Shown: positions 8,048-13,827 of the stretch, piece after piece
How positions within the stretch are numbered: position 1 is the stretch's first letter
How the letters are laid out: every line of letters starts with the position of its first letter
Origin: an uncultured Planctomycetales bacterium
Lineage (GTDB): Bacteria > Planctomycetota > Phycisphaerae > UBA1845 > PWPN01
Direction of reading: 5' to 3'
Assembly: GCA_964455315.1 (NCBI GenBank)
Contig: CAYVVX010000055.1
Coordinates: 1 to 13,827, forward strand
DNA length: 13,827 nucleotides
The notes under the pieces: generated by a model
The model's database searches: none
What the model was told of the DNA's origin: nothing
Seen by the model: the letters and a program-made list of their open reading frames with translations, nothing else
Made by a program: the position numbers and the translations under genes

Positions 8048-8881
8048 ATGAGCGACATGTGGCGACGCTATCGACGCAGCAGGCCGGCGGTCATCGCCCT
8101 GGCGGTGCTCGCGACCTATGCGCTGGCGGCGCTGCTGGCGAGCGCGATCGCCCCGTACGATCCATTGGCGATCAGCGCTATCGGCATCTCACCTCCCGGG
8201 CCGGACCACCTGATGGGGACCGACCAGCTCGGTCGGGACATCTTCAGCCGGGTGCTGTTCGGCGCCCGGCTTTCCCTGCGCGTCGCCGGCATCTCGGTGC
8301 TGATCGCGCTGACCGCCGGGGGGCTGCTGGGTCTGGTCGCCGGCTACTTCGGCGGCGCCCTGGATGCGTTATTAAGCCGCCTGACCGACATGATGTTCGC
8401 CCTGCCGGACATCCTTTTGGCCCTGGTGATCATGTCCATATTGGGGCAGGGCCTGACCAACATCTCCATCGCGGTCGGGCTGGTGTACATCCCCATATTC
8501 ACCCGGATCTGCCGCGCTGCCACGCTGTCGGTGAAGGAGCGACCCTTTGTCGAAGCCGGGCGGGCCCTGGGGCTCTCCCACGCGCGGCTGCTGCTGCGCC
8601 ACGTGCTGCCCAACATCCTCACGCCGCTGATCGTGCAGGCCTCGCTTTCGTTTGCGTTCGCGCTGTTGTCCGAGGCGGCGTTGAGCTTCCTGGGATTGAG
8701 CGGAGAGACCGACGCACCCCTGTGGGGCCTGATGCTCCGGCGCGGCAAGGACGTGATGCACCTGGGCTGGTGGATCGCGGTGTTTCCGGGACTGGCCGTC
8801 ACGCTGGCGGTTCTGAGCTTGAACATCGTCGGCGACGGCCTGCGCGACGCGCTGGACCCGCGACTTCGGCAGCAGGTCTGA
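8048..8881 (+). CDS. ABC transporter permease (DppC/OppC-like)
   Basis: It lies 38 bp after the previous permease. A hydrophobic TM1 follows the N-terminus …RRSRPAVIALAVL…, then the DppC-type region …GTDQLGRDIFSRVLFGARLSL… and the EAA-like motif …EAGRALGLSHARLLLRHVLPN…. It is 277 aa. Confidence 0.85.
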   Translation: MSDMWRRYRRSRPAVIALAVLATYALAALLASAIAPYDPLAISAIGISPPGPDHLMGTDQLGRDIFSRVLFGARLSLRVAGISVLIALTAGGLLGLVAGYFGGALDALLSRLTDMMFALPDILLALVIMSILGQGLTNISIAVGLVYIPIFTRICRAATLSVKERPFVEAGRALGLSHARLLLRHVLPNILTPLIVQASLSFAFALLSEAALSFLGLSGETDAPLWGLMLRRGKDVMHLGWWIAVFPGLAVTLAVLSLNIVGDGLRDALDPRLRQQV

Positions 8882-8952
8882 CCGGCGCCCGTGCTGATCG
8901 GCAGCAACGCGCGCGAATTGAGCTTGACGCGGAGCGGGATTGACCTGGCGGA

Positions 8953-9288
8953 TCAGCTTCGATGGTTGCCGCTGGCGGCCATTCTTGTCCGGATCGCGCG
9001 CTTCTTCCGTGGCGGCATTTCGGCGTGAGGCGCCTCGCTCGGTTTCGAACCGGCGGCCTTCTGCTTGTGGGCCCATTCACTGAAGGCCGCCGCGACCGAA
9101 CCGGCCTCCGACGCGGTCACCTCGATGCGAACGATGGTGTGATCGCTGCCGCGCCGCTCGAGCAGCAGGCAGGGCACCGACTCGGTTTTGGAAATCACCC
9201 GCACCGCGGATCGAACCGTGAGCCGTTCCGATCCGCTGGTGTGATGAAAGATGGGTTCGCCCAGCTTCAAACGACCTCTCGCCGCCAT
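8953..9288 (-). CDS. Hypothetical small protein (about 111 aa) with a Lys/Arg/Pro-rich C-terminal tail
   Basis: The internal ATG (complement of 9286-9288) is preceded on the minus strand by GAAAGGA 5 nt upstream, a strong RBS, so this start is preferred over the ORF-track start at 9375. It is convergent with the permease gene and divergent from the NfeD operon. I recognise no family. Confidence 0.5.
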   Translation of the reverse strand: MAARGRLKLGEPIFHHTSGSERLTVRSAVRVISKTESVPCLLLERRGSDHTIVRIEVTASEAGSVAAAFSEWAHKQKAAGSKPSEAPHAEMPPRKKRAIRTRMAASGNHRS

Positions 9289-9384
9289 GGTGGTCCTTTC
9301 AACCTGCGACCGAGGAAGCAAACTGAACGCTCTAGCCTGAGCTTCATCATGATCGGGCGGCCTGCCGAAGTCCATAGCCCCGGG

Positions 9385-9414
9385 TTGGGTAGAGACTTCC
9401 CCAGGCTTTATAAT
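9385..9414 (+). promoter_or_regulatory. Candidate sigma70-type promoter for the NfeD-flotillin operon (TTGGGT-N18-TATAAT)
   Basis: A perfect -10 TATAAT lies at 9409-9414 and a -35-like TTGGGT at 9385-9390, with an 18-bp spacer. An inverted repeat CACGC-TGAAC-GCGTG at 9422-9436 overlaps the predicted +1 region. The RBS AGGAG (9496-9500) precedes ATG 9510. Confidence 0.4.
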
Positions 9415-9509
9415 TCCCCTGCACGCTGAACGCGTGGTATGCTTCTCTCAGGAATGGGGCAGGTTCGCCCGGATTTCAGGCGTCGTCCGAAGAATCAGGA
9501 GCAACCGTC

Positions 9510-10286
9510 ATGAATGCCGCAATAATGATAGATAACGGGGTGCTGGCTGCGGTTGGGGAGTTGGGCATGTGGTCCTGGCTCCAATCGGCGTATGTCATCT
9601 GCCTGATCGTCGGCGGCGGGATGCTGGCGGTATCCACACTCCTGGGCGGGGATTCGCACGGTGATGTCGATGCCGGCGGCGACCTGGGCCTGGATGGGCA
9701 CGCGGATCTCGACGGTGCCGACTTCGACGCGGACACCGGCGGACTCGACGCTGACGCCGCCCATGGCGCCGACCTCGTCCATGCCGATGCCGCTCATCAC
9801 GGGGCGATGATCGACGGGGCATCGCTGGCGTCATGGTTTTCGATCCGATTTGTCATCTATTTCATGGCCGTCTTCGGCCTGATCGGCACCATCCTGAGCT
9901 ACCTGAGCGGGGCCGGGCCGCTGGCCAGCTTCGTCGCGGCCATGGTCGGCGGCGTACTGGTGGGGCAGATCGTCCACCAGGCCATCCGCTGGCTGCGCCG
10001 CAGCGGCGGCAACAGCGCCCTGGTGGTCGACGACTATCTCAACCGCAGAGCCCGGGTCACAGTGACCATCGCGCCGTCAGCGAAAGGCGAAGTCTCGCTG
10101 GAGCTGCGCGGGGACACCCGCTATGTGCCGGCGCGGGCCCGTCGCAGCGACGAGGCGTTCAAGATCGGTGACGACGTGGTCGTGGTCGGGTGGTCACAGG
10201 GCACCGCGGAGGTGCTCTCGGTGAAGGAGCACGAGTTTCTGACCGAAGGGCGTCCTAACACGAAGCATCAACCGGAGGTTGTCTGA
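9510..10286 (+). CDS. NfeD-family membrane protein (short YuaF-like form: TM helices + C-terminal OB-fold), flotillin partner
   Basis: It has an N-terminal TM helix, then an Asp/Gly/His/Ala-rich stretch of about 55 aa, then 2 TM helices (…FVIYFMAVFGLIGTIL…, …FVAAMVGGVLVGQIV…), then a C-terminal beta-rich region (RARVTVTIAPSAKGEVSLELRGDTRYVPAR…DDVVVVGWSQGTAEVLSV) typical of the NfeD OB-fold. Its stop overlaps the flotillin start (TGATG). Confidence 0.8.
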   Translation: MNAAIMIDNGVLAAVGELGMWSWLQSAYVICLIVGGGMLAVSTLLGGDSHGDVDAGGDLGLDGHADLDGADFDADTGGLDADAAHGADLVHADAAHHGAMIDGASLASWFSIRFVIYFMAVFGLIGTILSYLSGAGPLASFVAAMVGGVLVGQIVHQAIRWLRRSGGNSALVVDDYLNRRARVTVTIAPSAKGEVSLELRGDTRYVPARARRSDEAFKIGDDVVVVGWSQGTAEVLSVKEHEFLTEGRPNTKHQPEVV

Positions 10287-11647
10287 TGAACACGCTGATC
10301 CTGATGGACATCATGGACGCGGCCATGATCGGGGCCGGGCTGCTGCTGGTGGTGATCGCCTTCGCCACGCTGATCGCCAAGATCATGGTGGTGGGCAATC
10401 CCAGCGAGTTGCTGGTCATTACCGGCCAGCGTTCCCGCGAGGGGCTCGGCTACCGCACGCTCATCGGCGGGCGCACGCTGGTGGTGCCCATCATCGAGAA
10501 GGTCGCCCGCATCAGCCTGCGCAACATGCAGGTCGAGCTGGAGGTCAAGGCCCAGTCCGGCGGCGGCAAGATGATCCCGGTGACCGTGACGGGCGTCGCC
10601 TATGTGACGGTATCCTCCGACGCCGACATCCGCGGGGCGGCCATCGAGCGTTTCCTGGGCCAGCCGGAGGGCGAGATCCAACTCGTCTCCCGCGAGACGC
10701 TGGAGGGCGGTCTGCGCGCGGTGATCGGCAAGATGACCCCGGAAGAGATCGTCGAGGACCGTGACAAGTTCGTGGCCACCGTCATGAACGAGGTCAACGA
10801 CGACTTCCGCAAACTCGGGCTGGTCATCGACAGCGTGAACATCCAGAATGTGCATGACGAGGAACAGTACCTCGAGTCGATCGCTCGCAAGGCCTCCGCG
10901 GCCGTGCGTGCCGAAGCCCGTCAGTACGAGGCTCAGCGGAAATCGGAGGCCGACATCAAGGAGGCCGAGGCCGACGCGCTGGCGCGCGAGGCCCGCGCCG
11001 AGCGGGACGCCGAGGCGCGATCCGCCGAGGCGGCCGGACACCAGAAAGCCGAGGCGGCCCGCCTGGGGGCGGAGAAGTCCATCGCCGAGGCGGACAATGC
11101 CCTGCGCATCCGCAAGGCGGAGCTGGCCAGGGAGGCGGAGCTGAAGGAGGCGGAGACGCAGCGTGCCGCGGCGGAGGCGGCCGAGGCCCACCTGCTGGCG
11201 ACACGGGTCAAGCAGGCGGACGCATCCCGCCTGGTGGCCATCGCCGACGCGGAAGGCAAGGCCGCCACCGTACTGGAGCAGGGCAAGGCCCGGGCCGCGT
11301 CGATCGCGACCATCGGTGCCGCAATACAGAAGCATCCGGAAGCGTTGAAGGTCATGCTGGCGGAGATGATGCCCGACGTGGTCAAGGAGCTGACCAAAAC
11401 CATCGCCAACGTGGAGTTGGGCGACGTGACCGTGATCGACGGGGGCAGCGGCAGCGGGATCGCCACGGCGGCACTGGGGCGGGCGCGGATGCTGTCGGAG
11501 TCGCTGGCCACGCTGGAGTCGGTGCTGGGGATCGACCTGCGCGAGCTGACCAGGCAGATCGCCTCCAACGCCGGCAAGGGTGGCGACGACGCCAGGAGGA
11601 TGACGCCGCCGGGGCCGTCGCGCGGCGAGGATACGCTGACCGGCTGA
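10286..11647 (+). CDS. Flotillin-like SPFH/band-7 protein (FloT/YuaG-type)
   Basis: It has an N-terminal membrane anchor (…GAGLLLVVIAFATLIAKIMVVG…), an SPFH domain (…RTLVVPIIEKVARISLRNMQVELEV…GGLRAVIGKMTPEEIVEDRDKF…) and a long Glu/Ala-rich coiled coil (EAEADALAREARAERDAEAR…AELAREAELKEAETQRAAAEAAEA), the classic flotillin EA-repeat. It is 453 aa. Confidence 0.9.
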   Translation: MNTLILMDIMDAAMIGAGLLLVVIAFATLIAKIMVVGNPSELLVITGQRSREGLGYRTLIGGRTLVVPIIEKVARISLRNMQVELEVKAQSGGGKMIPVTVTGVAYVTVSSDADIRGAAIERFLGQPEGEIQLVSRETLEGGLRAVIGKMTPEEIVEDRDKFVATVMNEVNDDFRKLGLVIDSVNIQNVHDEEQYLESIARKASAAVRAEARQYEAQRKSEADIKEAEADALAREARAERDAEARSAEAAGHQKAEAARLGAEKSIAEADNALRIRKAELAREAELKEAETQRAAAEAAEAHLLATRVKQADASRLVAIADAEGKAATVLEQGKARAASIATIGAAIQKHPEALKVMLAEMMPDVVKELTKTIANVELGDVTVIDGGSGSGIATAALGRARMLSESLATLESVLGIDLRELTRQIASNAGKGGDDARRMTPPGPSRGEDTLTG

Positions 11648-11658
11648 TGATGCCGGTC
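11638..11658. terminator. Compact hairpin between convergent genes (GACCGGC-tgatgat-GCCGGTC); possible bidirectional terminator-like element without a U-tract
   Basis: A perfect 7-bp inverted repeat has the flotillin stop TGA (11645-11647) in its loop. The methyltransferase stop (complement of 11659-11661) immediately follows. The two convergent CDSs are only 11 bp apart. Confidence 0.25.
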
Positions 11659-12459
11659 TCAGGTCGCCCGCCGGCAGCGCACGATCAGTGAGTAGGCGAT
11701 GATGCGGGTGTCGGCGAGTCCGGGGTGTTCCGCCAGCGTTGCGTCGTCCACCGTCGGTTCAAGCAGCCGCTCGATGACGAAGCCGGTGTCGATCAGCGTG
11801 TTGATCCATCGGCTTAGCGTGAAGCAGAATCGCGGGATGCGGAACTGCGGCAGCGTGGCCGCGAGCTCCGCCGGCGCCGAGCCGAACATCCATTCATCGA
11901 TACCCCCTTGTTCTTCCTTGAAGTAATCGCCGCAGATCACCGCCGACCGCGCGCCGTTCTCATCCAGCAGCCACTTGAACCGCGGCGTCTGAAAGCAGGG
12001 GTGGCAGATCGAGAACTGGAAAACGCCCCCCGGCTTCAACACGCGATGCGCCTCGCGCATGGCCGCGAAGGGATCGGGCATGTCCATCAGGCACATGAAC
12101 GACGTGGCGAAATCAAACCTCCCGGCGCCGAACGGCAGGCTCATGCCGCTGGCACGCACATAGCGAACGCCCCGCGGGTGCTCGCGTTCCTCGCTCACGG
12201 CATGTCCGAGAAAGCGCCCGGCGATATCCAGCGCCGTCATGCGCGCCCCGCGTTCCGCCAGCAGCCGCGTGTTGTGCCCCTCGCCGCAGCCGATGTCCAG
12301 CCCGTCGAGCCCCTGGATATCGGGCAATGTCGCCAGAAACGCCGGCGTGTTCATCAGGTCGCGGTGCCGGTCGCAGCCCATGCGACTGAGCAGCGTCCAC
12401 GCGTCCGCGTTGCCGTCCCAGCAGCGTGCGACGCCCCGTTCATCTCCGCAGAATTCCAT
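11659..12459 (-). CDS. Class I SAM-dependent methyltransferase (Methyltransf_11/25-like)
   Basis: The SAM-binding motif I is LDIGCGEGHNT, an acidic motif II is …MTALDIAGRF…, and the post-I region is …LKPGGVFQFS…. The preferred start is the ATG at the complement of 12457-12459, with GGGGAA/AGAGG upstream on the minus strand. The ORF-track start at 12555 is an artefact of the CATG shared with the divergent gene's ATG. Confidence 0.75.
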   Translation of the reverse strand: MEFCGDERGVARCWDGNADAWTLLSRMGCDRHRDLMNTPAFLATLPDIQGLDGLDIGCGEGHNTRLLAERGARMTALDIAGRFLGHAVSEEREHPRGVRYVRASGMSLPFGAGRFDFATSFMCLMDMPDPFAAMREAHRVLKPGGVFQFSICHPCFQTPRFKWLLDENGARSAVICGDYFKEEQGGIDEWMFGSAPAELAATLPQFRIPRFCFTLSRWINTLIDTGFVIERLLEPTVDDATLAEHPGLADTRIIAYSLIVRCRRAT

Positions 12460-12507
12460 CCTCTGTTCCCCCGCTTTGACCGACGTTGTGACCCTGTGTC
12501 GCCGGAT

Positions 12508-12518
12508 GATACAGTATC
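12508..12518. promoter_or_regulatory. Perfect palindrome GATACaGTATC in the divergent intergenic region; candidate operator
   Basis: The 5-1-5 palindrome lies 35 bp upstream of the GATase ATG and about 50 bp upstream of the methyltransferase start, so it is placed to control both divergent promoters. Nearby are -35-like TTGACC (12475-12480) and TTGTGA (12485-12490), and -10-like TACAGT. Confidence 0.25.
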
Positions 12519-12553
12519 CGTGCCCCGGGTACACGTTCTGAGGTCTTGCGAGC

Positions 12554-13255
12554 ATGGCCAGAATCGCGGTGTTTCAACACGTCTGGTGCGAGGATCCCGG
12601 AGTCTTCGGCGAGGAACTGTCGCGCCTGGGTCATACGCTTTCCGTGTTCCGTCTCGATGAAGGTGTCGCGGTGCCCTCCGTCCGCGACTTCGATGCCTGG
12701 CTGGTGATGGGGGGGCCGATGAACGTGGACGAGATCGAGCGGTACCCGTACCTGCGCGCGGAGCGGGATCTGCTGGCGGACTTGATCGCGGCCGACCAGC
12801 CGGTGCTGGGCGTGTGCCTGGGCTCGCAGCTCATCGCCAGGGCTGCCGGAAGCCGGGTGTACGCCCAGCGACCCAAAGAGATCGGGCTCTATCCGGTGGC
12901 GCTGACACCGGAGGGGCGGAGCGACCCGCTGCTGCGACGACTGGCGGAGCTTCCCGAGGTGCTGCACTGGCACGGCGACACGTTCGACCTGCCGGCCGGG
13001 GCCGTGCACCTGGCCCGTTCGGAGCGCTTCGACCGGCAGGCCTTCCGTGTTGGCGCGCGGGTATACGCCCTGCAGTTTCACATCGAGGCGACGCCCGCGA
13101 TGGCCGGCAGGTGGGCGGAGGCGTTCAGCGGCGAGCTCGCCGAACAGCCGCCGGCGGACCAGTGGAGCCAGTTCCTGTCCCGGATGGAGCGGTCTCTGGA
13201 GGCCCAGAATCGGGTCGCCCGGGAGGTGATCCGTGGCTGGGCAGATCTCATCTGA
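12554..13255 (+). CDS. Class I (type 1) glutamine amidotransferase-like protein (GATase1 / GMP-synthase-N-terminal-like, stand-alone)
   Basis: GAGG lies 10 bp upstream of the ATG. The catalytic nucleophile elbow is GVCLGSQ, and His/Glu are in …LQFHIEAT…. It is 233 aa. Confidence 0.85.
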   Translation: MARIAVFQHVWCEDPGVFGEELSRLGHTLSVFRLDEGVAVPSVRDFDAWLVMGGPMNVDEIERYPYLRAERDLLADLIAADQPVLGVCLGSQLIARAAGSRVYAQRPKEIGLYPVALTPEGRSDPLLRRLAELPEVLHWHGDTFDLPAGAVHLARSERFDRQAFRVGARVYALQFHIEATPAMAGRWAEAFSGELAEQPPADQWSQFLSRMERSLEAQNRVAREVIRGWADLI

Positions 13256-13599
13256 TTGACTGGGGACTCGGTGCGTATCACATAACATGTTGATAGGAAA
13301 TGACTTATGTGCAATCGCGAGCGTGTCCCCCAAGCCTTCATGGGGCGATGTGGGTTTCCTGAAGTTTGGCATTCGCGGAGGGGCGGGCTATGATTTGGTC
13401 GGAGTTGACAACGGGAGCGGCCTGAGTAAACTACCGATCAGCAAAGGCAGTGGTACAAGCGGTTCGGCACAGCTTCCAAGCCCAGGCCGGGCCAGAAAGG
13501 GTGATCGGCTTTTGCGTACCAGGATTGATAGCGACATCCGGATCGCCGAGGTGGCGATGTCTTAGCCGGCAGGAGCGGTCTCGTCTGACGCTGACGGAA

Positions 13600-13629
13600 C
13601 CACCGGCTGAGAGCTGGCGGTTTTTTTTT
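13600..13629 (+). terminator. Rho-independent terminator-like hairpin followed by T9
   Basis: An 8-bp stem CCACCGGC / GCTGGCGG (one A·C mismatch, one G·T wobble) has a 5-nt loop (TGAGA) and is followed immediately by TTTTTTTTT (13621-13629). It lies between the GATase gene and the tRNA, downstream of a low-GC segment. Confidence 0.45.
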
Positions 13630-13691
13630 CGGCGTATCGCGGCGGGCGACCTGCGACGGCTGAGCCGGTGGTGGCGTGTCGCTCCCTGCGA

Positions 13692-13765
13692 GGGCTCGTA
13701 GCTCAGTTGGTTAGAGCGCGTCGCTGATAACGACGAGGTCATAGGTTCGACTCCTATCGGGCCCA
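13692..13765 (+). tRNA. tRNA-Ile (anticodon GAT)
   Basis: A manual cloverleaf fits. The acceptor is GGGCTCG/CGGGCCC (7 bp, one G·U). U8-A9 are present. The D-arm is GCTC-AGTTGGTTA-GAGC. The anticodon stem is CGTCG/CGACG with loop CTGATAA (GAT at 13726-13728). The variable loop is AGGTC. The T-arm is ATAGG-TTCGACT-CCTAT. The discriminator is A, and CCA is not encoded. Architecture is very close to canonical bacterial tRNA-Ile(GAU). Confidence 0.9.
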
Positions 13766-13827
13766 TTGAGAAGAGCGGACCAGCGGAGTAGAAGACCAGT
13801 AGATCGATTCGTGCGTACCGCTCTACT

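Noticed and set aside
8041-8943. 300-aa + strand ORF in an alternative frame over the DppC-like permease
   Set aside because: It overlaps almost completely with the 8048-8881 frame, which has clear permease homology and TM segments. The product is Arg/Gly/Pro-rich junk.
10900-11250. Repetitive GAG/GCC-rich DNA in flotillin that could be mistaken for a tandem-repeat or CRISPR-like array
   Set aside because: It encodes the degenerate Glu/Ala-rich coiled coil characteristic of flotillins. The repeats are imperfect and in-frame, and there are no spacer/repeat units of constant length.
12460-12555. N-terminal extension of the methyltransferase to the ATG at the complement of 12553-12555
   Set aside because: That ATG is the reverse reading of the CATG that contains the GATase start. 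Using it would leave no intergenic space for either divergent promoter, and the extension (MLARPQNVYPGHGYCIIRRHRV…) is not methyltransferase-like. The internal ATG with an RBS was chosen.
13287-13565. 92-aa + strand ORF in the low-GC segment
   Set aside because: Its first codons are AT-rich and atypical for this genome, the product is low-complexity with no motif, and there is no convincing RBS. It is kept only as part of the sRNA or small-peptide finding.
13431-13766. 111-aa minus-strand ORF overlapping tRNA-Ile
   Set aside because: It runs antisense through a canonical tRNA gene, so it is a spurious ORF.

Overview
This is a GC-rich bacterial chromosomal window with strong GC3 codon bias, and every convincing gene is on the + strand except two. 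From 5' to 3' it holds: (1) the 3' end of a cyclophilin-type PPIase with an unusual Pro/Ser/Asp-rich tail; (2) an apparent NAGGN (N-acetylglutaminylglutamine amide) osmoprotectant cluster, an asnO-like Ntn amidotransferase, ngg (GNAT + ATP-grasp bifunctional synthetase) and an M42 peptidase. It is fused by overlapping stop/start codons to a Dpp/Opp-type ABC substrate-binding protein and two permeases, with no ATPase genes in the window; (3) a convergent small basic hypothetical protein; (4) an NfeD-flotillin (SPFH) operon with a good sigma70-like promoter, whose NfeD has an Asp/His/Gly-rich low-complexity insertion; (5) a convergent SAM-dependent methyltransferase that shares a 94-bp intergenic region with a divergent class I glutamine amidotransferase; (6) a lower-GC segment of about 430 bp with little coding potential and a terminator-like hairpin+T9; (7) a standalone tRNA-Ile(GAT) about 60 bp from the window end. 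The many long minus-strand ORFs opposite these genes are treated as high-GC artefacts. The most interesting hypothesis is an extended NAGGN operon that carries its own ATPase-less dipeptide-type ABC uptake module.
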